Assembly (NCBI RefSeq): GCF_036971445.1
Contig: NC_091472.1
Location: 248,124,001-248,188,000 of the forward strand
DNA: 64,000 nucleotides
From: Narcine bancroftii
Lineage: Eukaryota
Direction: 5' to 3'
The notes beneath the pieces were generated by a model. That model had not been told where the DNA came from, ran no database searches, and was given only the letters and a program-made list of their open reading frames with translations. Below are positions 37,640-50,624 of this stretch, piece after piece (position 1 is the stretch's first letter; each line of letters starts with the position of its first letter). Position numbers and translations under genes: made by a program.

Positions 37640-39263
37640 ACAGATGACTTATCTGCAGACACTAGAAGTGGTGATGGCAGCACTGAACAATGGTTGGACA
37701 CGTGACTGATAAAGCCAACAGTTTGAACGATACTGAAGGAATGGCGCGATCACTTATCCCTGCTGTCACTGAAAACAGAGTCTCTGGGGGGAATCTGACC
37801 AGCTCAACAGGTTTTGATATTCCTGTGTTGGGAAGATAACGATCGCCAACCAACTTCGCCTCACACAAGCCATACAGCCATCAAACCTCGGAGGGGTGGG
37901 TGGCTCAACAGTGGATCTTTCCCTGTACATAATCTGGCCAATACCAATTCCCGACTCTCAGAGTGAGTCCCCGAACTGTGACCAGGTCTTGTGAATGTTT
38001 GTGCAGATGGTGCAATCAGCATTGATTTGAGCAAATGGTGGGAGTGTGACCAGTAACAGTCTCCTGGCATGAGAGACCACAGCCAACAGCACAGCCAAGG
38101 TGGATATCCCCTAGGGGCTAAATCTGGATGCACAGTTGCTGGTTACCCATGGGGTAGTATGGTGCTGCTATCTGGGATATGTGCCACCATATGCCTCGTA
38201 ATTCTGAAGGAGCACCTTGATGAATGGTCACCATGGTAGAGATGCTGACCGATGAGTTGGCTGTGGAATTTCAGCATAAGGAGGAGTCAGGATGGCCTTG
38301 GACTCAATAGGTTCGAAGAGTATCAAGGTTGGACATGTGTTGGAGGTGGTACTGGTGCTGCTGTTGGCAAGAAGCTCTGCACGTTCAGGGTCAGTTGGGG
38401 AATACCTCTCACTCCCTACGCATGAGAGTCATTGACAAAATTAAATGAGCCAGGGACCAATCCCTTGAACTCAAAACCCATGGGGAAGCTGGTGAACCTG
38501 TGGGGCTGGGGGGGAAGTTGACAGGACATCAGTGGGTATGGGCTGTGTGTGATGTAAATACGTCCCCAGGGTACTAACCTCTTAATTGATTGGCAAGGTA
38601 TGGTGACTTCCAAGGGGCAGAATGCAGTGTGGATTGTGAGGGTCGTGTGACCTCTCCATCTGGGACCCAGTGGGAATGTGGATGGCAGAGGGTCATGTGA
38701 CGTCTCCAGCTGAAACCTAGTTGGGTCACCTCACCTGACAACCAAGGGTTAGATCTGCCCACCTATGAGGCTGACGCATGATTAGTTCAAATAGGTCATG
38801 TGAACAGGCCCTGCTCTGAAAAGCCATACATGAAACCTGCTTATCCCCTTTTGCTGCTGTCTCAAGCCCATCACTGAAGTCCAGGCTGCAGGCCATGGGT
38901 GGGCACCAGAGGTGGACTGCAATAGGCCCATCCCAAATCTCAAACTATGGTAGATGCTGGAAACCAAGTTCATTGGATATAATTGTTAGTGGTAATTAAT
39001 TTACTGTGCATTGGTGTGCTGTACTTGTGGGTGGATGGGCATTATGTGTTTAACCTTCGCATTCCCAATCAGGAATTGAGAATGTTTAGCAGAGATTTAT
39101 TTGCACCCAATGTGGCGTTATTTGTGCATTATTCTGGGTTAGCTTGTGTGAGTGTGTGCCCTTTTGTGAGTTCTCTGTACATAAATAAAGACCACTGTTT
39201 GTTGATAACACATGTCCAACCTTGATACTCTTCGAACCTATTGATCCTATTCTGAATGCAACA
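37640..39263 (+). mobile_element. 3' part of an LTR retroelement: decayed internal region, PPT and 3' LTR (38623-39263, family B)
   Basis: PPT-like aaggggcagaa immediately precedes tgcagtgtgg. LTR is homologous to 35462+. aataaa at 39184-39189, end tgcaaca. The extent of the internal region is inferred. Confidence 0.6.
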
Positions 39264-41400
39264 GCTTCTATGCTTTCAGATTTCAGATTTATTTCAGATT
39301 TATTGTCAGAGTCTAGACATGACATCACATACAACCCTGAGATTCTTTTTTTCCAGTGGGCATGGCAGAATTACCAGTGCAAAAAATATACTGTACACAG
39401 CATAAACAAGTAAGCAAATAAAAGAGCAATCAAAGATTTTCTCAGATCAAGCAGCATCTGTGAAAGCAAAAGGTGTAAACCAACAATACAGGTCAAGGCT
39501 GTTCATTGGGATGGAGAGGGAAAGGATAGATTACCAGCATATACCAGTATGAGGTAGGACTGAACAAAGATGGGTAGGTACTTTTTACTATAAAGGCTGA
39601 AGGCCTTGTTCGAATTTCCATTATTATTCCCCAATCTCAACCTCACTTTTAGAGTTCCCTTCTTGATTTTTAGACTATTTTAGCACTCAACACCAGCCTC
39701 TGCAGATTTTCTTGTTTGGCTCTCTTCATTTTTACATACTTTTCAGAAGCTCACTGACTGAACTTGTGTTTCTTGCTAGCTTAGTCTCTTAGTCCATTTT
39801 CTTCATTTTTTTTCTGCCTATCTGTCACTGCTTCCTGCATTCCATCTCCTTCCCTTCTTGTGTTAGACTCCATCCTGCAGTTTAGCTCATGTTTGGGTAC
39901 CTATAAACTACTCCACAATGAGTTAGAAACAGAAGATCCTTGAAATACTCAGCAAGTCAGGCAGCATCTGTGAAAAAGGAAACAGAGTTAACGTTTCAAG
40001 NNNNNNNNNNNNNNNNNNNNNNNNNNNNNNNNNNNNNNNNNNNNNNNNNNNNNNNNNNNNNNNNNNNNNNNNNNNNNNNNNNNNNNNNNNNNNNNNNNNN
40101 NNNNNNNNNNNNNNNNNNNNNNNNNNNNNNNNNNNNNNNNNNNNNNNNNNNNNNNNNNNNNNNNNNNNNNNNNNNNNNNNNNNNNNNNNNNNNNNNNNNN
40201 NNNNNNNNNNNNNNNNNNNNNNNNNNNNNNNNNNNNNNNNNNNNNNNNNNNNNNNNNNNNNNNNNNNNNNNNNNNNNNNNNNNNNNNNNNNNNNNNNNNN
40301 NNNNNNNNNNNNNNNNCTGACATAATGAAAAGAGTGTAGTGGATCGAGGATGTAGTTAAAGTAACAGATAGTAGAAAACATAAATAAAAGGTCAAAGAGT
40401 GGCATATAAGAAGCAATAAAGGCCATGAAAGCAATCACGTTATACACTAAACAAATTAATTGTGGAATCTAGACCATTAAGGACACATGCACATGAGGAA
40501 ATGGGTGTAATTTAAATGGACACTGTGCATTAATTAGGAAGTTAAGTTAAAACTAGCAGCCAGAGGATTGAAACAAAATGAATCAAAGGTTGCAAACTAT
40601 TGTATTTAATTTTCCCAAATTCCAGGAGTAAATAAAAGAGGACACAAGCTAAAGAATTCACCGGTTATTGCGGGGGGAAAAAAGTGAGGTCATTGCAGGT
40701 GGATTGGCACTCTCTAGATTTAGTCACTGTAAATTTGGAGAGGAAAACTCCAAATGCTGCTTTATGGCTGATGGGCCAAGGGCAAAATCAAATGCCCACT
40801 TGTATAGGGTTAGTGTGAATTGTGAGAATGTGATTCCAGTTTATCATTTGAGCACTTAGATAAATTCAAGGTTGAAGTTTCCTTTTTTATTGTCATGTCA
40901 TAATACATGAAAATGCAATGTACATGATATACTTCAACTTTTCTCAGTGCAGGAATATCTGAGGTCTTCAGAACTGAAAAAGATCAATATGAATATTTTG
41001 TAAATTAATAAAATAATAAGAAACCTGCATAGGAGAAACCTGCATAGGAGAAGGGAGCACTAAAGGAGGAGAAACATATATCACTAAAACTTAATGCATT
41101 TGGCCAAAAAGAGGTAGAACTTTAATTGCATCTGAAAGCAGCAAGAATTCAAAGTAAGAATTATTTGTGACAGTGAGTGTGCAGTAAGGCCCGATCTAAA
41201 AAGTAGTCTCTGGATTTCATAACAATTGGATGTCACATGTCTGCGTGAGATGAAAGAAAGGATGTGACTGAAAAACTAAATGTTTATTCACTAATGTGTT
41301 GAATTTTACAAGTGCAAGTAGAATAAACTTGTGTAATTCTGAACAGTTACCTGTTCATGGACCTTAAACAAAGATATCTAAATAACTGCCTGCCTTGATT

Positions 41401-42658
41401 AAAAAATGCTGGAGATACTCAGAAAGTCACATAGCGTTCCTTTTGTTGCAAAGATAAAGATGCATAACCAATGTTTCAGGCCTGAGCTCTTCATCAAGCG
41501 ATGAGCAAAAAGCAAACAGGCACCTAAATAAAGTTGTGGGGGCAGGGGGGAGGTGGAGGAGCACTGGGTCACAGGCAAGAGGTAATAGCTGGATATGGGA
41601 GGGTAGAGGGAGCCAGGCCAGATATGTCTCAGGATGAGGTCCAGATCATCTCCTTCTTCAAAAAAACATGGTTTCCCTCTACCATCATCAACTAAGCCCT
41701 TACCTGCATCTGCTTCCTGCCCATCTGCTCTGACCCTCTCTACCCCTAGACACAAGGACAGGATTCCCCTTGTCCTCACCTACCAGCCCAGCAACCTCCA
41801 CATCCACCAAATTATCTTCTGCAATTTCCATCACGTGCAACATGATCCCACCACCAGACACATCTTCCCCTCTCCTCCCCTCTCTGTCTTCCACAGGAAC
41901 CACACCTTCCATAGCTAACTCGCCAACTCCTCCCTCCCCACTAATGCCTCCTAGGCACCTTCACTTGCATCACCTCCTCCCTCACCACTATCCGGGGCTC
42001 CAAGCAGTCCTTCCAAGTGTAACATAGCACTTGTGAATCTGCTGGGATCATCTAATGCATTCAGTGCTCCTGTTGTGGCCTTCTCTACTGGAGAGACTGG
42101 ACCCAGACTGGACACTCAGTCTGCAACAATGGTGGGGATCTCCTAGAGGGTAACTATTTCAATTCCAACCCCCCATTCCCGTGCTGATATGTCTGTCCAT
42201 GGTCTCATGCACTGCCAAACCAAGCCCACCTATAAATAGAGGAGCAACACCTAATATTCCTTCTGGGCACTCTCCAACTGGATGGTATTAACATCATTTC
42301 CTGGTTTCTGTTAGGCCACTCTCCTGTTTACCTCTCTTCCACATCCCTCTGTCTCCTTTCCTACAGCTCTCCACCCCTCCCCTCTCCATTCAGAGAGCTT
42401 TACCCTCCCCCATCACTTCTCACCTTCTTTCCCTTGTGACTTCCCATAGATATCCACCAATGACCTCTTGTCTGCCCCTATCCCCACCATTCTATTCAAG
42501 CACCTGCCTGCTTTATGCTCATATCCTGATGAAGGGCTCAAACTTGAAAAATTGATTTTGTATCTTTATCTTTGCTACATCAAGAGTGCTGCGTGACTTA
42601 CTGAGTTTTTCCAGCATTTTTGTGTAAACTGTAATCAGTGTCTCCAGATTTTCTTTTT
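41401..42658 (+). mobile_element. Penelope-like element: ORF 3' end (GIY-YIG region) with a direct pLTR and an inverted 5' pLTR
   Basis: KDRIPLVLTYQP...IFPSPPLSVF, plus I.CS.CGLLY-GET and EEQHLIF.LGTLQ..GIN motifs. 18-bp TSD taactgcctgccttgatt (41383-41400) / taactgcctagcttgatt (42659-42676). Confidence 0.9.
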
Positions 42659-44334
42659 TAACTGCCTAGCTTGATTCTCTTAGTTAGACAACTTAATCTT
42701 TTAACCACCTGATGAGGATTAGGCAGCTGTTCCTGTATTGTCATATGATCCTCAATCAGTTATACCACCTGCATCAGCATTTTAATCCTTTGTGATGGGT
42801 ATTGATGTATTACAGGTATTATTGTATATATTAGGGGCAAGACTACAACAATGGTACCACATATTTTAAAGAAACCTGCAATAATTAAATAAGAAGAAAT
42901 TCAGAATTATGTGTAATCAGTCAATAGGCAATGCCACAATTAAGAAATGGGTACGTGAAGCAGGCTATAATGTCAGTATCACCCTTTAATGGCTGCTAAG
43001 AGTTACCAATGGGCTGACATAGCTTGCTCATGTAAAATCACTGTACAAGTTAAAAGCAGTGGTAACTTGTATTTAAACAGCATCATTAATATTTATAAAA
43101 CTTTTCTTTCACAACCAGAATTTTTAAAATGGACACAGGATATATAAAAGAGATCTCCGAATGAGATGCAATCAACTGCAAGCTGTACTTGTTCATTTCT
43201 CACCACTAACTTGAGGGAAACCTAGCTTCTTGGGAAAAGATGTTCTGACTTCCAGTGAGGTGTCTTGTGAATCAGCGGTGTGGTTTTAGAAAATTGGACT
43301 TGTGCTTTGCACAGTTCTCAGATTATTAATCTGAATGTTTAGAAAATTATTCAGAACATGCACAGGCATCTTAACAAGATTCGGGCAGCTGAGCATTTCT
43401 GCTCTATCTATTAAGTTGGAAAGTTGCCTCAAGTTCTATTTTGTGACTTTTTGATCGTTTCTAAGGAGTTACGTATGTGACAGAATAATTTACTTGTATT
43501 TCAAGAATTCTAGATTAACTTGAAAGGTCAATTTCAAACACAATGTTACAAGTAATATGTTACTCTAGTCAGAAGAATCTTGTACCATTGTTACATATTT
43601 GAAACAGAAGAATCTGGCATTTTGATTAATATCTTATTAAGTAAAATAATATCCTGTTCAATGGTAATTGTGCAGTTTGTACCCATAGAATTATAGGTGA
43701 GATTATTTGAGCTATCGGTTCTGCTTTTGACAAGCTGTTATGAAAATGTGAGTGAAAAAATTATTTAAAAGTTCTTTGGCAAATTTTCAAATTAAAAGAA
43801 TTCAAGTTTTATTAATATTCATTTCACAAATAAATTAAAATGTCATTTTGAAGTAAAAATGGGAATAAATTTGGAAATTCATTAAACTTTTTTTAAAGGA
43901 AAGCATGGCATGTTGAAATGCTGTTGTGAAATGCACATGCAATCTGATTATGCAGGATTTTTTTTGTGTGTGAGCTTTCATGCAAATGTTTCATGTTATT
44001 AAATGCCATGATGTCCCATTGACAGATATTAGACAGGACCCATGTTCACTGACTGAAATTGAATAAAGCTATCTCTGCTTCTTAAAAGATGGAAGACTGT
44101 TGAAACCAATCACAGTGGGAAATCATTTTGCAGTGTGGGTAGGACTGACAACGGTGATGACAGCACATGTGACAAGGTTAGTCTGGGAGTTGGGTGTCAA
44201 TCAATGACATTCAGCAGTCACCCAGAAGGTCAGCATTTGCTGCTCAATCTTATTTGGTGCTGGAGAGGAATAAGCCTAGGAAGCCATTACATTGGAATAA
44301 AGTGCTGGAGAAATTCAGCAAATTACACAGCATC

Positions 44335-45230
44335 CAAAGTTCAAAGTTCAGATCTATTGTCAGAGTACATACATGACATCACATACAACCCCGAGATTCT
44401 TTTTCCTGTGGGCCCGGAAGAATTTGTAATTATCAGAAGTGTATAAAACTGCACTCTAGAAAAGATATGTATTCAAAGGGGACATGTAAACAAAAAGAGA
44501 AGTGTAAACAAACTGATTGTGCAAAACAGAATAAAGTAAATATCCATTAATAAATTATGGGCAAAATAAGAGTCCTTAAATAAGACTCTGATTGAGTTGG
44601 TTGTTCAGGAGTCTAATAGTGGTATGGTGGCAACTGTTCTTAAACCTGATGGCACGAGTCTTGTGGCACCTATACCTCTTTCCTGATGGCAGCAGTGAGA
44701 ACAGAGCATGTCCTGGATGGTGTGGATCTTTGATGATTGCTGCTGCTCTCTGATGGCAGTGGACCATGTAGATTTTCTCAATGGTGTGAAGAGTTTTGCC
44801 TGTAATGTACTGGGCTGTGTCCACTACCTTTTGCAGCACTTTCCGCCCAGGGTTCTTGGTGCTCCCATACCAGGCCATAACATTTCATAACAAATTGTGA
44901 CAAATACTGTGAGATAATCATGATAAAATATTCTGATTCTGATACAACCGGTCAGTACACTTTCCAGTTCACTTCTGTAGAAGCTTGCCAACGCTTTTGA
45001 TGTCGCACCTGAACCTTGATAAACTTCTGAGGAAGAGCAGGCATTGGTGAGCTTTCTTCATAATGACATTTGTGTGTTGGGTCCAGGAAAAGACCTCTGA
45101 CATAGTGAAACTCTAGAAATATAAATTTGCTCACCTTCTCCATCTCTGACCCCCCAGTGATCACTGGATCCTACACCTCTGGCTTCCCCTTTCCTAAAGT
45201 CCACAATCAGCTCCTTGGTTTTGTTTGCGT
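44335..45230 (-). mobile_element. Rex/Babar-type LINE 3' fragment
   Basis: ORF 44576-44878 (AAAIIKDPHHPGHALFSLLPSGKRYR) and KTKELIVDFRK. A short second tail is inserted at about 44878-44942. Confidence 0.9.
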
Positions 45231-45409
45231 AGGAAGTAGATTTAAAAAATTGCACCTTACAGTGATGACTCTTTGTGTGCAGCTCTGACGGGAATTATCA
45301 AATATTCCCGCTCAATACTATTAAAACTCAACCCCATAACCATAAAATTAAATAGACCTGTAAATAAGGATGTCCTAAAAATGGTGGCAGACCTTGCAAT
45401 TGGCAGAAA

Positions 45410-46880
45410 TGGCAGACTCCATCAGACCACAGCACCTTTAAGCACCACGGGAGTTTTAAACAGCTGGCGACTGGGCCATATAAGCTCTGCGGGAGTCGCA
45501 AACAGCAGTTGCTCAGTCCATTAAAACATTGTGAGAGGTTTATAGAGACATCACATGGACCATTTCAACACTGCAGAAGTTGCTAGCAGCCAACCCACGA
45601 ACCATTTAAAGAAGTCCTGACCATATGGACACAGGAGGCTGCAGGTTAAACTAAGAAGCTGGGCCCTGAGGCTTCTCACTCCCTACCATCCTCCTGGCCA
45701 ACAAAAAATCCTTGTAAAACAAACTCGATGAACTCCAAGCCAGGTTACAACATCAGAGAGACATCAGGAAGTGCTGCGTGATGGGCTTTACAGAAATATG
45801 GCTAAATGGGGAGAGTCCTTCCAAGGGACACCGCGCTTACCAGACATGGGTATCAGGAAAAAAAAAACCAAGGGAGGTGATGTTTGTGTCATCATTAATT
45901 CATCCTAAGGCACAAACATGATGGTTATATCCCCGTGCTGTTCCCCCGATCTGGTGATCAAGTGCTGCCCATTCTAATTGTCGAGGTGTACGTTCCACCC
46001 CAAGCTAACATCAGGCTGACACTGGAGGGACTTTGATTTGCATTATAGGGGACTTCAATCGGCCAAACTGAAGAAGACTATAATGAACTACCTCCAACAT
46101 GTCACATGTGAGACCAGAGGAGTCAACGCATTCGACCACTGCTACACCACCTTCAAGAATGCATACTGAACCATACCACAACCAGACCTTTTCAAGTCTG
46201 TTTACTTGGCTGTACTTGCACTTGAGTGTACAAGCAGAGACTGAAGACCACAGCACCAATAGAGAAGACGGGGCAAGTATGGTCGAAGGAAGTAGAGGAT
46301 TGTCAGCAGGACTGCTTTGAATTGGGTGGACTGGACCATATTCAAGGATTAAACTTGAATGAATATGCAACATGTGTCACTGACTTCATCAAGACTGCAT
46401 GTACTAGTGTATGCCCACATGTCCCCCAACCAGAAGTCTTGGATGAATGAGGGTTCGCAACCTGAGGAGTGCAAGATCAAGGGCGTTAAAGGATAGGGAT
46501 CCAGATCTCTACATGAAATCCAGGTACAACCTGCGGAAGGTTATCTCTGGCACAAAGTAGCAATTCCCCAGGAAGTTAAAGACAGAGATAGATCCAGCCT
46601 ACAACATAAAGGTGAGCACCATGGATAGCTGTAATACTTCATTACCTCATGAGCTGAACACCTTCTATGTTTGCCTTGAGAAGAAGAACACAACAGTGCC
46701 TATGAAAATCCCTGCAAAGGCTGAGGACCCTGTGATATCCAACTCTGAGGTCATGTCAGAATATCATTCAAGACACCCTGTCTAATCTTGATTTTTCATG
46801 CACTATTTTTATTTATTTACATAAATGTGATGCCGCAAAGCCATGAATTTTGTGACTTGTTCATGACCATGATCGAGAAT
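45410..46880 (+). mobile_element. Rex/Babar-type LINE endonuclease region (decayed)
   Basis: PTILLAN, GGDVC, VYVPPQA, IIGDFN, QHVTC.TRG...DHCYT and PNQKSW motifs. Confidence 0.8.
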
Positions 46881-47704
46881 TCCAAGGTAGAATCAAAGAC
46901 TAGAAAAAATTGCTGGAAAAGAGGAACATATCCTCAGCAGACTAAGGTCAAGTCATTGAATCAAAGTAATTCTGTTTGCACGGTCACTTCCCAGAAGGGC
47001 AATGTTCACAGTGAGAAACCACCAGTACAGGATTAAAATGTATTAAATCCCAACAGGAACAATGGTGAATTGTTCTCAGATTACAATGGTGGGAAGAGAA
47101 CATCTTCAAAATCATTGATGCATCAAAGCATACATCGAAGTTGTAGCAAATAATATTATGCAGAGTTACAATATTTGAAATAAATTCAGACAAGTGCCAA
47201 TGACAAAACATCGTGAACTTGAAAACTTTTCTATAACAAGTGCTGAAGAATTTAGATAATTAAAATTTTTAAGAAGTCAATAATTTGTAAACAGAATAAC
47301 ATGGTTGGAGTTGATTCAATTAATTGATCTTTCTTGACATCATTTCACTGCAAATCTAAGCCAAATAGAGCTGTTTATTGCAGATGCTACAAAATCACAC
47401 AGACACATGTCTGAAATAGTTATATATACCTATGAGAATTTACAAGTTATATTTCTCGATTGGATCAAAGCAGGAGCAAAATAAATCTGCACCAACCTGA
47501 ATTAAAAAGCCAGGAAGAGAAAGAGTTAATTGAAGTAGACAGTAGAGCAAGGCAACAACAATTGCAGTGGTACTTAAAGTAGACAAAGTACTTTAGCCTT
47601 GTGACTTAGTTAATATCTTACAGATTTGTGATCTCCCTTTCCTCTATTGACAACATTCACCAGGAGCACTGCTTAAAAAGGGATCAAAGAATTATTGAGG
47701 ATCT

Positions 47705-50243
47705 CTGGAAAGATGATAAACTAGAAGAGTTTTTAGCTAAAATTGAACTGCCAACATTGCAAGACGAGGGGCAAAACAAACTGATAAAACCATTTGAAAT
47801 AGAGGAAGTACAGGATATATTTAAAAAGCTGCCGAACAATAAAACACCAAGAGAGGATGGATTTCCAATAGAATTTTATAAAACATTTAGACAGTTATTA
47901 ATTCCTCCTCTCCTGGAAGTAATGAATCCGGTAGAAGAAACACAAAACTTACCAGACTCATGTAAGACAGCAATAATTACAGTAATATCAAAGACGGGAA
48001 AGGATCCATTAACACCAGCATCATATAGACCAATATCCCAACTTAACTCAGCTTATAAGATAATAGCAAAATTATTAGCAAACAGATTGGCTGACTGTGT
48101 ACCAAAAATAGTAAAACAAGATCAAACTGGATTTGTCAAGAAAAGACGAACAGCGGACAATGTCTGTAAACTTATTAATTTAATTCATGCAGCTCAAGGA
48201 AGTAAAAACGGTGGTAGTTACCTTAGATGCAGAAAAAGCCTTCGACAGGGTAGAGTGGAACTACTTATTTAAAGTATTATAGAAGTTCAATCTGCAGAAA
48301 AATAGATTAACTGGATTAAAGCATCATATAATGGACCATTGGCAAAGGTAGTAAATGGATATGTATCAAACCAATTCAAATTAAGTTGATCAACTAGGCA
48401 GGAATGTCCATTATCCCCCTCATTGTTCACCTTAAAAATAGAACCATTGACAGAGCTGATAAGAATAGAAAATAAAATAAAAGGGATAAAAATAAAGGAG
48501 AAGGAGTATAAAATCAGTTTATTTGCAGATGACATCATAGTATACCTAACAGAACCACAGATATCAATAAAAGAATTACATAAGAAATTGAAGGAATATG
48601 GAGAAATATCGGGGTATAAGGTCAATGCAAATAAAAGTGAAGTGATGCCAATGAGTAATGTGAATTATATAGAACTTAAAAAAGAATCACCATTTAAATG
48701 GTAAACACAAGCAATCCGATACCTAGGTATCAGGTTAGACAATAACTTAAGCCACTTGTAGAAACTAAATTATCAGCCATTAATAAAGAAATTGCAGGAA
48801 GACTTAGGACATTGGAAAGAATTACCACTTATGTTGATATGGATGGTGAAATGCATTAAAATGAATGTGTTCCCAAGGATACAATACTTATTTCAAACAT
48901 TACCAATTCCCTTAACAGAGAAATTCTTTGTTGAACTAAAGAGAATAATAAGGAAATTCTTGTGGATAGTGGGGGGGAAACTGAGGGTAGCACTAGATAA
49001 ATTAACAGAGAGGTATAACCAAGGTTGTTTATATTTACCAAACTTCAGAAATTATTATAGAGCCACACAATTAAGGATTTTATCAGATTTTTATCAGATG
49101 AGAGAAAAGCCAGACTGGACTCAGATAGAACTAGATAAAATAGGAGAGAAGGTACCGGAACATATACTTTATAAGTGGGATGAAAATCTGGTGCAATATA
49201 ACAGCTCACTAGTATTGCATCATTTACTTAATATATGGAAGAAGATACACATAGAAAGGAAAAAAATGAATTACAGATACAATGATATTTAAAAGATTTA
49301 TAACAAATATGTACATTAAGCTGCAAGGTAAGGAAAATGATGAAATAAGCTATGAACCCAAACAAAAGTGGGAAAAAGGACTTAAATATAAAGATAAAGA
49401 ATGAAACATGGGAAAAGTTATGTTCTGTAACTATGAAGAATACAATAAACACAAGGTTACACATGATACAGTATAATTGGTTACACAGGTTACATATTAC
49501 TCCTCAAAAATTAAAAGAATGGGATCCAACAATATCAGATAGGTGTTTTCGCTGTAAAAATGAAATGGGAATAACAATACATGAAAATTGGGCATGTACT
49601 AAAGTGAATATGTTTTGGGAAGAACTAAATCATATATTAAATAAAATCACAAAAAACAACATACCAAAAAATCCAGAGATCTTTCTTTTAAGTACATAAG
49701 AAGTAAAGAATTAGGCCTCAAATTAGATAAAGCGCAAAAAAGATTCATTATGATAGCCTTAGCAGTAGCAAAAAAATGTATAATGTCAACTTGGAAAATG
49801 GAAGAGAGCCTGAGAGTACAGCAATGATACATGGAAATGAATAAATGTATTTTATTGGAAAAAAATAACATATAATTTAAAAAATAAAATCACATTGTTT
49901 GAACAAATTTGGGAACCGTGCATGGAATGTAACAGAGAGAGCTTGCCTCAGACCTCCATCCCCTAAAATGATAAAATGATAAGACAAAACGATTAGATTT
50001 AGTGTGTAAAAGTAGATGACAAGTTTTTCTATTGTTTTTCCCTTGAGTGAGAACGTTGTTTTATGGTTTTATTTTATTGTATATGTTGAATATTTATTGG
50101 TTTTGGAGGGGGGTGGGAAGGGGGGAGGGAGGGAAGGGGGGAAAAAAGGGGGAATATGTCACTGTGTATATTTAATGAGAAACATTTGTACATATTTTGG
50201 TTGATATGGTTCATAGTGTGAGAAATTTAAAAAATTAAAAAAA
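47705..50243 (+). mobile_element. 5'-truncated L1/Tx1 LINE (ORF2 RT to Zn-knuckle, frameshifted)
   Basis: KTPREDGFPIEFYK, SYRPISQLNSAYKIIAK, DQTGFV, LFADDII and CFRC...HENWAC. G-rich 3'UTR and A tail. Confidence 0.95.
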
Positions 50244-50624
50244 CAATGGGGAAATAACTTCTTCATACATGGCCAGGCTGTGAGATTGATGAACGATGTT
50301 CAAAACACAAAAGCCTGCAGACACCACGATTGAAATAAAAACACAATGTTGGAGAAACTCAGCAGGTCAAACATGTGCCTCGTGGTCCAGAGAAGCACTG
50401 TTTCATCTAGATACATATAAATACCCAGATGATGATAAACTTGATCTTGAAATAACTGCCATATACTAACTATTAAGGCTTCAATCCCATTCCAGTGAGA
50501 GCACCTGCATGGGGTTGGAAATGTTCAAAAATATATTTTCATGGACTGTACTTTAATTATTATGAAGTGGGGGGGGGGGGGAGGGGGTTGGGGTGGAGGA
50601 ACAGAATTTCTTAAGCTCCTTGAT

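Noticed and set aside
50105-50152. G-quadruplex-like tract (also 29455-29510)
   Set aside because: Ordinary G-rich L1 3'UTR.
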